Below are positions 10,149-20,281 of a stretch of 64,000 nt of DNA, piece by piece; positions within the stretch are counted from its first letter, which is position 1; each line of letters opens with the position of its first letter. The translations under genes were made by a program, and so were the position numbers. This DNA is from Halarcobacter sp. (GTDB lineage: Bacteria; Campylobacterota; Campylobacteria; Campylobacterales; Arcobacteraceae): NCBI GenBank assembly GCA_963676565.1, contig OY781089.1:416001-480000 (forward strand). The letters are read 5' to 3'. The notes below the pieces were generated by a model. It worked only from the letters and a program-made list of their open reading frames with translations, ran no database searches and had not been told where the DNA came from.

Positions 10149-10746
10149 TCCCTTCTACTTTATCCCAAGTTAAACCAGAATCTTTTTGCCCTTTAAACAT
10201 ATTATAAATATATCGTGCGAACATGTCAGTTTCTAAATTTACTTTTGATCCAATCTTATAAGTTCTAAATAATGTATTTTCAACTGTATGGGGAATAATA
10301 GTAAGCCTAAAACTATCTTTTAAAACTTCATTTACAGTTAAAGAAACCCCATCAATAGTTACACTACCTTTTGGGATAATATATTTTGAGTAGTCATGTG
10401 GAAGTGAAATTATAAAATCAGTTGAGTTTCCATTGTTTTTAATTGATTTAATTGTCCCTAGACAATCAACATGCCCTTGAACAATATGCCCCTCAAATCT
10501 GTCACCCATCATCATAGCTGGTTCTATATGTACTTGACCTCTATAGTTTTCCATTGCTAAAATTTTTTGAGATTCAGGCGAAAGTTCAACAGTGAAAGTA
10601 TCACTTGTATATCTTACAACAGTTAAACAAGCTCCATTAACAGCAATTGAATCTCCAATTTTTGGAGTATATTTTGCTTTTAATGTTAAAAAATTGTTTT
10701 TAAAGCTAATTACATTAGCCATTTCACGAATAAGACCAGTAAACAA
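10132..10746 (-). CDS. ribE: Riboflavin synthase (alpha chain)
   Basis: MFTGL start, GDSIAVNGACLTV, GHIVQGHVD, KGSVTIDGVSLTV, VNLETD; TTG start. Confidence 0.97.
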   Translation of the reverse strand: MFTGLIREMANVISFKNNFLTLKAKYTPKIGDSIAVNGACLTVVRYTSDTFTVELSPESQKILAMENYRGQVHIEPAMMMGDRFEGHIVQGHVDCLGTIKSIKNNGNSTDFIISLPHDYSKYIIPKGSVTIDGVSLTVNEVLKDSFRLTIIPHTVENTLFRTYKIGSKVNLETDMFARYIYNMFKGQKDSGLTWDKVEGIMASY

Positions 10747-10787
10747 TTTATTGTTCCTTTAAAAAAATTTGTAAATTTTAAAATATT

Positions 10788-10796
10788 TGGTATAAT
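10788..10796 (+). promoter_or_regulatory. Extended -10 promoter of mnmG
   Basis: TGGTATAAT about 158 nt upstream of the mnmG ATG. Confidence 0.55.
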
Positions 10797-10953
10797 ACCG
10801 AAATTTTAATGAGAAGCTGATTTTACGTAGCTTCATATAGTCGGCTTTATTCAAGCAAACAATCAAGAAATTAAATATTGAAATTTTTTAGATAAGTGGA
10901 AGAAAACATTTATCTAAGAAATTTCCATCGAAAAAATAACGAAGGAAGAAAAT

Positions 10954-12822
10954 ATGTACGACATTATTGTTGTTGGTGGAGGTCATGCAGGTATTGAAGC
11001 CTGTTTAGCCGGTGCCAGAATGGGTAAAAAAACCCTACTTATTACCATGCTAGTTGAACAAATAGGTGCTGCCTCTTGTAACCCTGCAATTGGTGGTCTT
11101 GCTAAAGGTCATCTAGTAAGAGAATTAGATGCTCTTGGTGGAGAAATGGGATTATGTACTGATGCAACAGGAATTCAATTTAGAATTTTAAATGCAAGTA
11201 AAGGTGCAGCAGTTCAAGGCTCAAGAGCTCAAATTGATATGGACAAATATAGAGAGTATATGAGAAAAGTTTGTCATAGTACTCCTAATTTAGAAGTTTA
11301 TCAAGATGAAGTAAGTTCACTTTTAGTTAAAGAAAATGAAGTTTATGGTGTAAAAACAAAACTAGGTGAAGAGTTCAAAGCTAAAAAAGTAATCCTTACA
11401 ACGGGAACTTTTATGAGAGGATTAATTCATATTGGTGAAAATACTTATGATGCAGGACGAGCTTGGGAACTACCATCTTCAACACTATCTTTACAATTAA
11501 AAGAATTAGGACTGAAAGTTGGAAGACTTAAAACTGGAACTCCTGCAAGAATCGATTCTTCATCAATAAATTTTGATGTAATGGATGCCCATGGAGGGGA
11601 TGAAAAGCCAACACCATTTTCATTTAGAACAGATAAGTCAACTTTTGAACCAAAACAATATCCATGTTATATTACATATACAAATGTTGGAACACATGAT
11701 ACTATTACAGGAAACTTCCATAGAGCGCCACTTTTTACAGGTCAAATTCAAGGAAGTGGACCTAGATATTGTCCAAGTATTGAAGATAAAGTAAATAGAT
11801 TTTCAGAGAGAGATAGACACCAATTATTCTTAGAACCACAAACTGCAATGTGTACAGAATACTATATAAATGGACTTTCAACATCTTTACCAATTGATGT
11901 TCAAAAACAAATGATTCATTCTATTAATGGTTTAGAAAATGCAAAAATCATTAGATATGGATATGCTATTGAATACGATTATGTTGACCCAACAGAATTA
12001 AAACATACCCTTGAAACAAAAGATATAAAAAATCTTTATCATGCAGGGCAAATTAATGCAACAACAGGATATGAAGAAGCTGCTGCTCAAGGTATGATGG
12101 CAGGGATTAATGCCTCTTTAGCAATTGATGGTAAAGAACCTTTTGTATTAAGAAGGGATGAGGCTTATATTGGAGTTTTAATTGATGACTTAGTTACAAA
12201 AGGAACAAATGAACCATATAGAATGTTTACTTCAAGGGCTGAGTATAGACTTCTTTTAAGGGAAGAGAATGCTGACTTAAGACTTTCTCAATATGGATAT
12301 GATTTAGGTTTAGTTTCTGATGAACAAATACAAAAAGTTGAACATAAAAGAAAAACTTTAAATGATGCAGTTGAATTTATGGCAAATGAATGGTTTACAT
12401 CTAAAAAAGAAAACCTTGAACTACTTGAATCTTTAGGTGAAGACAAGATTAAAGATAGAGCACTTTTAATTGATATCGTTGGTAGAAGTAGTGTTGACGC
12501 ATCAAAATTTGATAAATTAGTTCCAAGTTTAGCAGATACAGATGAATATTTAAAAGAACAAATTATTATTGAAGCAAAATATTATAGATATATTCATAAA
12601 CAACAAAAACAAATAGAAAAAATGAAAAAAATGCTTCAATTAAAAATACCTGAAAACTTTGAATATAAAAATATTCCTGGATTATCAAATGAAGTAGTTG
12701 AAAAACTTGAAAAGTTTAGACCACCTACACTGTTTAATGCAAGTGAAATCTCTGGAGTTACACCAGCTTCATTAGATATTTTACATATGTACTTAAATAT
12801 TCCAAAAAAAAGCAATGATTGA
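10954..12822 (+). CDS. mnmG: tRNA uridine-5-carboxymethylaminomethyl(34) synthesis enzyme MnmG (GidA)
   Basis: [50 protein letters not shown]. Confidence 0.98.
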   Translation: MYDIIVVGGGHAGIEACLAGARMGKKTLLITMLVEQIGAASCNPAIGGLAKGHLVRELDALGGEMGLCTDATGIQFRILNASKGAAVQGSRAQIDMDKYREYMRKVCHSTPNLEVYQDEVSSLLVKENEVYGVKTKLGEEFKAKKVILTTGTFMRGLIHIGENTYDAGRAWELPSSTLSLQLKELGLKVGRLKTGTPARIDSSSINFDVMDAHGGDEKPTPFSFRTDKSTFEPKQYPCYITYTNVGTHDTITGNFHRAPLFTGQIQGSGPRYCPSIEDKVNRFSERDRHQLFLEPQTAMCTEYYINGLSTSLPIDVQKQMIHSINGLENAKIIRYGYAIEYDYVDPTELKHTLETKDIKNLYHAGQINATTGYEEAAAQGMMAGINASLAIDGKEPFVLRRDEAYIGVLIDDLVTKGTNEPYRMFTSRAEYRLLLREENADLRLSQYGYDLGLVSDEQIQKVEHKRKTLNDAVEFMANEWFTSKKENLELLESLGEDKIKDRALLIDIVGRSSVDASKFDKLVPSLADTDEYLKEQIIIEAKYYRYIHKQQKQIEKMKKMLQLKIPENFEYKNIPGLSNEVVEKLEKFRPPTLFNASEISGVTPASLDILHMYLNIPKKSND

Positions 12823-12910
12823 AAAAATAAAAAACAATAAAATTGCCCAAATAGTAATATTAAAATTACTAACAATCCTTGCTATTGCAGGGAACTTATA
12901 CTTCTCATAA
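12815..12910 (+). CDS. Candidate 31-aa single-pass membrane peptide; absent from the ORF track
   Basis: [34 protein letters not shown] overlaps the mnmG stop (ATGATTGA); ends right before a hairpin. Confidence 0.45.
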   Translation: MIEKIKNNKIAQIVILKLLTILAIAGNLYFS

Positions 12911-12914
12911 AAAA

Positions 12915-12945
12915 TCACCTATTAAATTTTTCTTTTAATAGGTGA
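12915..12945. terminator. Hairpin downstream of mnmG and the small ORF
   Basis: tcacctattaaa...tttaataggtga, a 12-bp perfect stem. Confidence 0.55.
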
Positions 12946-13078
12946 GCACTATATTTAATAATTCAAATGTTAATAACTAAGCATATAAATAATAATTATT
13001 TTTAGTTTTTAATCAAAAGATAAGTCTCATTTGATAAAACTATTCTATAATAATATATCTCTACTAAAAGGGAGAAAA

Positions 13079-14440
13079 ATGAAAACTTATGACACAATTA
13101 TAATTGGAGGAGGAAGGGCTTCTTCCTTAGCAAAAAACATTGGTAAGCTTGGTAAAAAAGTTGCCCTGATTGAGAAATCAAGCTTAGGGGGAACCTGTGC
13201 AAATAGAGGATGTGTTCCTTCAAAACTTCTAATTGGATATGCAGATGTTATTAGAAATATTCAAACTTCCCAAAGACATTATATATCAAGTAAAATAGAA
13301 GATATCAATTTAAAGGAGATTTTTGAAGATAATAACTCATTTATTCATAGTGTAGATGGAAATTATAAATCTCAATTAAATGATAATGTCGATTTATATA
13401 GAGGAGTAGGATATTTTCTTTCAAATAATGTAATTGAAGTAAACAATGAGATATTAACATCAGAGAAAATTATTATTGCAACGGGGACTTCCCCAAAAGA
13501 GCCTCCTTTTAAAGGAGCATGGACAAGTGATGATATATTTCCATTAGAAAAAATACCCTCTTCTATTTCTATAGTTGGTTCAGGTTTTATTGCTTGTGAA
13601 CTTGCAAATGTTTTTGATGCATTAGGAATTAAAACAAAACTTCTTGTAAGAGGAGATAGACTTTTATCAAATGAAGATGAAGATATACAAGAAACTTTCA
13701 AAAAAGAGTTTAGTAAAAATATTGATATAGAGTTTAATACAACTATAAAAGATGCTAAATACAAAGATGGTTTATTTGAAATCACTCTTGAAAATAAAGA
13801 CAAAAGTACAAAACAATATAAAAGTGAAGCTTTACTATATGCAATAGGTAGACAATCCAACGCACATAGTCTAAAGTTAGGAAATACAACTATTGAAACT
13901 GATGAAAGAGGTTATATAAAAAGAGATAATTTCTTTGAGACAAATGCAAAAGGTGTATATGTTGTAGGGGATGCAGCAGGAGAATATATGCTACAACATG
14001 CAGCAGCATATGAAATGAATTATCTTTTTAAAATTTTATTCGAAGATAAAAAAGAACCTCTAAAATTTAAATATATGCCCCATGCTGTATTTACTAGTCC
14101 AGAAATTGCAAGTGTTGGGCTTACTGAAAAGCAAGCACAAGAAAAAAACTTAGACTTTGTAGTATCAAAAACTTCATGGAAAGCAAGTGCAAAAGCACAA
14201 GCTATGAAACTAGATTATCCCTTTACAAAATTAATTGTTGATAAAAATACTTATGAAATCTTAGGTTGCCATATAATTGGACCACAAAGTTCGACGATGA
14301 TTCACCAAGTATTGACAGTTATGCATATTGACAATGATATTAGACATTTAAAAGAGATGCTTTATATTCATCCTGCTTTAAGTGAAACACTTTTACCTGC
14401 TGCAATAAATACAATAAAAAATATTGAAAAAAGGAAATAG
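13079..14440 (+). CDS. Class-I pyridine nucleotide-disulfide oxidoreductase (dihydrolipoyl dehydrogenase family; mycothione/glutathione-reductase-like)
   Basis: GGTCANRGCVPSK redox disulfide, GSGFIACE, VRGDRLL, MPHAVFTSPEIASVG, YIHPALSE; GGGAG RBS before ATG 13079. Confidence 0.88.
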   Translation: MKTYDTIIIGGGRASSLAKNIGKLGKKVALIEKSSLGGTCANRGCVPSKLLIGYADVIRNIQTSQRHYISSKIEDINLKEIFEDNNSFIHSVDGNYKSQLNDNVDLYRGVGYFLSNNVIEVNNEILTSEKIIIATGTSPKEPPFKGAWTSDDIFPLEKIPSSISIVGSGFIACELANVFDALGIKTKLLVRGDRLLSNEDEDIQETFKKEFSKNIDIEFNTTIKDAKYKDGLFEITLENKDKSTKQYKSEALLYAIGRQSNAHSLKLGNTTIETDERGYIKRDNFFETNAKGVYVVGDAAGEYMLQHAAAYEMNYLFKILFEDKKEPLKFKYMPHAVFTSPEIASVGLTEKQAQEKNLDFVVSKTSWKASAKAQAMKLDYPFTKLIVDKNTYEILGCHIIGPQSSTMIHQVLTVMHIDNDIRHLKEMLYIHPALSETLLPAAINTIKNIEKRK

Positions 14441-14444
14441 TTTT

Positions 14445-15440
14445 ATGAATAATTTCTTAGAACCAAAAGTAACACAAAATTATAAAGATGAAATCAGACA
14501 TATAGGTTTTGAATTAGAGTTTGCAAATATTGATATAGAAGATGTACTGTCTATTTTAGAAGAAAAATTTGGCTTCAATGTAAAAAAAGTCAATAATTAC
14601 CTATTTAAAATTGATTCAAAATATGGTGACTTTATACTTGAACTAGATTTCGAACTTTTAACTCAACAAAAAATTCCAAAAAATATAAAAGAGTTATCAA
14701 AGAAAATAGGTGTAACGATAAAAGAAGAAGATATTGAAAATATTGAAAAAATAGTAGGTGACCTTTCAAAAGATATTGTCCCATATGAAATAAGTACACC
14801 ACCTCTTCCTTTAGATGAAGTATCAATTATCGATAACATAATAAAAGAATTAGCAAAAAACCATGCAAAAGGAACTAAACATAAAATATATTATGCTTTT
14901 GGTTTACATATTAATGTAGAAGTTATCTCTTTAGATGTGAAAAGTTTATTAGACTATACAAGAGCATATTTAATACTTCAAAACTATATAAACAAAGATG
15001 CCAAAATAGACTTAGCAAGAAAAATCACACCTTTTATTGATAACTTTAAAGATGACTATATCAAGCATGTGCTAGATGAAGCATATAATCCATCAATTGA
15101 TGAATTTATTGAAGATTATTTAGAATTTAACCCAACAAGAAATAGATCCCTTGATTTTCTTCCAATTTTAGCTTTTATCAATGAAGACAAAGTTAGAGCT
15201 AAACTTCCAAAAGAAAAGATAAAACCAAGACCTGCTTTTCATTATAGATTATCTAATTCAATGATTGGAAATGAAGGATGGGAAGTTTCAGAAGAGTGGA
15301 ATAGATGGATTCTTGTGGAAAACTTAGCAAATGACAAGAAATCTTTAAATTTTTTAGCAAAAGAGTACTTAACACATTTAGATAATATTATAAACCTAAC
15401 AACTTGGGAAGGGAAAATAGAATCATGGCTAAACCATTAG
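14445..15440 (+). CDS. Putative amidoligase (COOH-NH2 ligase, Amidoligase_2-like; glutamine synthetase/glutamate-cysteine ligase fold)
   Basis: IGFELEF, PYEISTPPL, FGLHINVE, NPTRNRSLD, KIKPRPAFHYRL; starts 4 nt after the reductase stop. Confidence 0.82.
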   Translation: MNNFLEPKVTQNYKDEIRHIGFELEFANIDIEDVLSILEEKFGFNVKKVNNYLFKIDSKYGDFILELDFELLTQQKIPKNIKELSKKIGVTIKEEDIENIEKIVGDLSKDIVPYEISTPPLPLDEVSIIDNIIKELAKNHAKGTKHKIYYAFGLHINVEVISLDVKSLLDYTRAYLILQNYINKDAKIDLARKITPFIDNFKDDYIKHVLDEAYNPSIDEFIEDYLEFNPTRNRSLDFLPILAFINEDKVRAKLPKEKIKPRPAFHYRLSNSMIGNEGWEVSEEWNRWILVENLANDKKSLNFLAKEYLTHLDNIINLTTWEGKIESWLNH

Positions 15441-16111
15441 TTGGAATTTGCTTACCAGATAAAGGCAATTTTTTTGCATACTTATTTATAAAATGGAATT
15501 TAAAGATACAAGGTGCTACTAGCGTTAGACTAAGACCATCAAAAAATAATATTGATTTTAAAAGATTAGATGGAGTAATACTTAGTGGAGGGAATGATAT
15601 AGACCCAACTTTATATGGTGCAAATAAAGATGCTCATAATACAGAACTTGATAAAAAAAGAGATGCTTTTGAATTAGAGATAATTGATAAAGCCTATAAG
15701 GAAGAACTTCCTATTCTTGGTATTTGCAGAGGAGCACAATTAATTAATATCTATTTTGAAGGTAATCTTTACGCAAAAATACTTGACTTGGATGAATATT
15801 TAATACACCAAAACTCTATTTTTCCAATAAAAGAAGCAAAAGTTAAAAAAAATACTGACTTGCATTCTGCTGTAGAAGAAGATGAGATATTAATTAATAG
15901 TATACATAATCAAGCAATCAATAAAGTAGGAGAAGATTTAGAAGTTTCATCAAAACATGAATCTATTATTGAATCTGTTGAAAAAAAAGATTACCCTTTT
16001 TTACTTGCTTTACAATGGCATCCAGAATACCTAATATATTTAAAAGAACATAGAAATATTTTCAAAAAATTTGTCAAAGCTTGTATCAATTACAAGAAGG
16101 AATACAGTTAA
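15425..16111 (+). CDS. Class-I glutamine amidotransferase / gamma-glutamyl-GABA hydrolase family (peptidase C26, PuuD-like)
   Basis: DGVILSGGNDIDP, PILGICRGAQ (nucleophile Cys), NSIHNQ, LQWHPE (His-Glu); overlaps the amidoligase stop. Confidence 0.9.
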   Translation: MAKPLVGICLPDKGNFFAYLFIKWNLKIQGATSVRLRPSKNNIDFKRLDGVILSGGNDIDPTLYGANKDAHNTELDKKRDAFELEIIDKAYKEELPILGICRGAQLINIYFEGNLYAKILDLDEYLIHQNSIFPIKEAKVKKNTDLHSAVEEDEILINSIHNQAINKVGEDLEVSSKHESIIESVEKKDYPFLLALQWHPEYLIYLKEHRNIFKKFVKACINYKKEYS

Positions 16112-16240
16112 AATCATACCAGAGATTAATCTATGCATTTGAGATAAAAACTAAACAAATTAGTTAGTGATTTTTATATACATTTCAGTAATATAATAAA
16201 TTATATTTTAATATATTTAATTACATTGATGGAGCATAAA

Positions 16241-17080
16241 ATGAAAATTTACATATACGCAAAAGGAGATCATACTTTTGGTTTAGATGCAATAAGAAGA
16301 TGTTCATATATTGCTAAACTATTAAATGAAAAAAGTTGTGAAGCTATTTTATGTGTAAATGAGTTTAGTGCTGGTGCATATGCAAAGAAACAATTAAATA
16401 TAAAAAACTACATAATAACTGAAACATTAGATGAACTTTCAAAGGTTTTAAAAAAAGGAGATTCCCTAATCTATGAAAGTGATGAGATATCACAATTTAT
16501 TGAAACTCAAGAGAAAAACTATTTCTCTTTTCTTTATAAAATCCCTGATGATATTCCTATTTCTATCATTGATAGTTTTTTATATAAAAAGCAAAACTCA
16601 AGAAAAGATGAAAAACTATTTTTTTATGGGGATGAAGACTACTCAAAGTATTTAATTAACTTATGTGAAAAAACTACAAAATACGATATTCCTATTCTTT
16701 TAGGAGAATACTTTTTTATTGGAGATGAAAAAAAATTAGAAAATAGATTTTCACAACTTATAAATTCCCAAGAATACTTAAAGTGCGTTCAAAATACAAA
16801 ATACCTTTTAAGTGGTTCTTTAAACACATGTCTAGAATCAATTGAATGTGGGAATAAACCAGTTTTATTAAAAAGAGTTGATAAAAACTATGATGAAAAA
16901 TTAATAAAAAATATCCACCTACCAACAATTGACTTTACAAACCTTGATGAAATTTTGGTAAAATTTGAAGACATCATTAGTAACTATCCTAAGTTGAACA
17001 AAAAAGAAAAGTTTAATCTTGATACAATTATAAATGATATTTTTATTAGAATCAATACTTACAGAAGACTAAACTTGTAG
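16241..17080 (+). CDS. Hypothetical protein with a degenerate PseG/SpsG-like GT-B appearance
   Basis: GGAG RBS before ATG 16241; N-terminus GDHTFGLDAIRRC resembles the PseG GxGHxxRC motif; FFYGDED; LESIECGNKP. Confidence 0.55.
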   Translation: MKIYIYAKGDHTFGLDAIRRCSYIAKLLNEKSCEAILCVNEFSAGAYAKKQLNIKNYIITETLDELSKVLKKGDSLIYESDEISQFIETQEKNYFSFLYKIPDDIPISIIDSFLYKKQNSRKDEKLFFYGDEDYSKYLINLCEKTTKYDIPILLGEYFFIGDEKKLENRFSQLINSQEYLKCVQNTKYLLSGSLNTCLESIECGNKPVLLKRVDKNYDEKLIKNIHLPTIDFTNLDEILVKFEDIISNYPKLNKKEKFNLDTIINDIFIRINTYRRLNL

Positions 17081-17168
17081 AAATATAATGCTAACTTATA
17101 ATATTTTATGGTTATCATAAGTTTACTTTATATATAATTTGAAAAATACATAATGACAGGATAGTGAC

Positions 17169-18554
17169 ATGGAAGCGAAAACTGCTACAATGAAAAAAAC
17201 TTCATTTAGAATTCAAAGATACTACGCTTATGTTGCTGCTACTGTAATAGCATTGGTTTTACCATTTATTAGAATTGATGGGAACCATATCTTTTTACTA
17301 TCTTTTGATAAAAAGCAGCTTCATTTAATGGGTGTTGCATTTGATATGCAAGAATTATATTTAATGCCATTTCTACTAATGCTTTTATTCCTAGGAATCT
17401 TTGCAGTTACTGCAATTGGAGGAAGAGCTTGGTGTGGTTGGGCATGTCCCCAAACTATTTTTAGGGTTATATACAGAGATTTAATTGAATCTAAACTTTT
17501 AGGTTTAAGAAGAATTAAAAATAAACAAAAAGAACCAGATTGGAGCAAAGCAGAAAATGCTTCAAAAAAAGTTGTTGCAATCTTAATTTGGACTATTATA
17601 TCTTTAGTTGCTGCAGCTGATTTTATGTGGTACTTTGTTCCACCTGAAGATTTCTTCAAATATATTATGAACCCAACAGAACATTGGTTCTTAATTGGTT
17701 TTGTAGTAGCAATTGCAGGTTTTTTAGTTTATGATGTAGTTTGGTTAAAAGAGGACTTTTGTGTTTATGTTTGTCCATATTCAAGGGTTCAATCAGTACT
17801 TTATGATGATGATACATATCAAGCTATCTACTCAACAAAAAGAGGTGGAGATATTTATAATGATAATAAAGAAAAAATTATCTTCAAAGCAAAAGATCTA
17901 CCAAATGAAACAGATGAATGTACGGCCTGTGAATCATGTGTAACAGTTTGTCCTACACATATTGATATTAGAAAGGGTTTACAACTTGAATGTATTAACT
18001 GTTTAGAATGTGTTGATGCATGTACAACTGTAATGGGTAAACTTGGAAAACCTTCACTTGTTCAATGGACTAGTACAAGAGATATAGAAAAAGGTGAACC
18101 AACAAAACTTATAAGAAGATCAACTATTATGTATTCAATAGCCTTAATTATAATACTAGGTCTTTTATTTGTTATGGGTGGTAAAAAAGAGTATATGTTG
18201 TTAAATGTTAATAAAACAACACAACTTTATAAAGTAAAAGAGGGAAATGTTGTTTCTAACAACTTCTTATTCTTATTCCAAAATACAGATAATAAACCAC
18301 ATACGTATGCTTTAGAGATAATAGACCATGAAGATATAAAAATAAAAAGATTTAAACCTTTTAAATTAAATCCAAAAAGAATGGCTAAAAAAGTAGTTAT
18401 TTTAGAAACTGATAAAATATTAGTTAACAACAAAACTAAAGATACACCAATTACTGTAACTATCAGAGCTTATGCCGTTGATGAACCAGAAAGAGTTACT
18501 GTAACTAGAAAAGCAGTATTTATCTATCCAAGATCAGATAAGCTTAAAAACTAA
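17169..18554 (+). CDS. ccoG: Cytochrome c oxidase accessory protein CcoG (FixG)
   Basis: GRAWCGWACPQT, FCVYVCPY, CTACESCVTVCP, ECINCLECVDAC. Confidence 0.96.
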   Translation: MEAKTATMKKTSFRIQRYYAYVAATVIALVLPFIRIDGNHIFLLSFDKKQLHLMGVAFDMQELYLMPFLLMLLFLGIFAVTAIGGRAWCGWACPQTIFRVIYRDLIESKLLGLRRIKNKQKEPDWSKAENASKKVVAILIWTIISLVAAADFMWYFVPPEDFFKYIMNPTEHWFLIGFVVAIAGFLVYDVVWLKEDFCVYVCPYSRVQSVLYDDDTYQAIYSTKRGGDIYNDNKEKIIFKAKDLPNETDECTACESCVTVCPTHIDIRKGLQLECINCLECVDACTTVMGKLGKPSLVQWTSTRDIEKGEPTKLIRRSTIMYSIALIIILGLLFVMGGKKEYMLLNVNKTTQLYKVKEGNVVSNNFLFLFQNTDNKPHTYALEIIDHEDIKIKRFKPFKLNPKRMAKKVVILETDKILVNNKTKDTPITVTIRAYAVDEPERVTVTRKAVFIYPRSDKLKN

Positions 18555-18556
18555 AA

Positions 18557-18586
18557 AACTAAAAGGGGTTTAATCTCCTTTTAGTT
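18557..18586. terminator. Intrinsic terminator after ccoG
   Basis: aactaaaagg...ccttttagtt stem. Confidence 0.6.
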
Positions 18587-18664
18587 AACTTCTTATTTAC
18601 TTACTATTAGCTATAATCGCGAATAATTTTATTTTATTTTTTCAAAATCACGGAGTTTCTTACA

Positions 18665-20281
18665 ATGACAAAATTTATATTTGTAACAGGTGGAGTATTA
18701 AGTTCACTTGGTAAAGGTATTACATCTGCATCTATTGCAACTATTCTAAAACAATCAGGTTTTAATGTTTCAATGCTAAAAATTGATCCATATTTAAATG
18801 TTGACCCAGGAACAATGAGTCCCCTTGAACATGGTGAAGTATTTGTTACAGCTGATGGAGCAGAAACAGACTTAGACTTAGGAAACTACGAAAGATTTAT
18901 TGATAAAACTTTAACAGCTAAAAACTCTTTTACAACAGGACAAGTTTACCAAAGTGTAATTAGAAGAGAAAGAGAAGGTGGATATCTAGGTAAAACGATT
19001 CAAGTAATCCCTCATGTTGTAGATGAGATCAAAGATAGAATCTATGCAGCTGCTGATGATAATGATTTCTTAATCATCGAGCTTGGTGGAACAGTAGGAG
19101 ATATCGAAGGTTTGCCTTTTATGGAAGCAATTAGAGCTATTAGACATGAACTTCCAAAATCAAATACTATGAATATTCATGTAAGTTTAATCCCATTTAT
19201 TAGAGCTGCAGGTGAATTAAAAACAAAACCTACTCAACACTCAATTCAAGAATTAAGAAGAATTGGTATTACACCACATATGTTAGTATGTAGAACAGAA
19301 AAACCTCTTCCAAAAAATCTAAAAGATAAATTAGCACTTTCATGTGATGTTGATAGAAATGCCGTTATTGAAGCAGGAGATGCACAATCAATTTATTCAG
19401 TACCTTTACACTTTATCAAAGAGGGAATTTTAAATCCTTTATCTGAACACTTCAATGTAAAACTAAAACCAAATATGGAAAAATGGGACACTTTAGTAAA
19501 AAATATTTTAGTTCCACAAGAAGAAGTAACTATTGCCTTTGTTGGTAAATATTTAGATTTAAAAGAATCATATAAATCTCTTATTGAATCACTTATTCAT
19601 GCAGGAGCTCATTTAAATACAAAAGTAAATATCCATTGGTGTGACTCACAAAGGATTGAAGATAACGGAGCTTATGATGTTATTGGAAATGCTGATGGTA
19701 TTTTAGTTGCTGGTGGTTTTGGACACAGAGGTGTTGAAGGAAAACTTGAAGCAATTAAATATGCAAGAGAAAATAAAATCCCATATCTTGGAATTTGTCT
19801 TGGTATGCAACTAGCAGTAATAGAATATGCTAGAAATGTTCTTGAGATTGAAGACGCGAACTCTATTGAATTTGATCCTGAAACAAGTGAACCAATTATT
19901 TATTTAATAGATGAATTTATTGACCAAAATGGTGATAAACAATTAAGAACTCACAAATCACCAATGGGTGGTACAATGAGACTTGGGGAATACCCATTTG
20001 AACCTCTAAAAGGTACAAACTTACAAAAAGCATATGGAAATGAAGAGGTTTATTACGAAAGACATAGACACAGATATGAAGCAAACCCAGCATATAAAGA
20101 GAGATTAGAAGAAGCAGGAATGATTATTTCTGGACAATCAAATGGTCTAATTGAAGCTGTTGAGATTAAAGATCATCCATGGTTTGTTGGAGTTCAATTC
20201 CACCCTGAATTTACTTCACACTTAGAAACTCCAAATCCAATTATTACAGAATTTGTAAGACAGGCTAATACACATAATTAA
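18665..20281 (+). CDS. pyrG: CTP synthase
   Basis: [42 protein letters not shown]. Confidence 0.98.
   Translation: MTKFIFVTGGVLSSLGKGITSASIATILKQSGFNVSMLKIDPYLNVDPGTMSPLEHGEVFVTADGAETDLDLGNYERFIDKTLTAKNSFTTGQVYQSVIRREREGGYLGKTIQVIPHVVDEIKDRIYAAADDNDFLIIELGGTVGDIEGLPFMEAIRAIRHELPKSNTMNIHVSLIPFIRAAGELKTKPTQHSIQELRRIGITPHMLVCRTEKPLPKNLKDKLALSCDVDRNAVIEAGDAQSIYSVPLHFIKEGILNPLSEHFNVKLKPNMEKWDTLVKNILVPQEEVTIAFVGKYLDLKESYKSLIESLIHAGAHLNTKVNIHWCDSQRIEDNGAYDVIGNADGILVAGGFGHRGVEGKLEAIKYARENKIPYLGICLGMQLAVIEYARNVLEIEDANSIEFDPETSEPIIYLIDEFIDQNGDKQLRTHKSPMGGTMRLGEYPFEPLKGTNLQKAYGNEEVYYERHRHRYEANPAYKERLEEAGMIISGQSNGLIEAVEIKDHPWFVGVQFHPEFTSHLETPNPIITEFVRQANTHN

Noticed and set aside
13079..14440. Mercuric reductase MerA or the E3 subunit of a 2-oxoacid dehydrogenase
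   Set aside because: No C-terminal Cys-Cys or mer genes; no E1/E2 neighbours, and the NADPH-type Arg motif is present.
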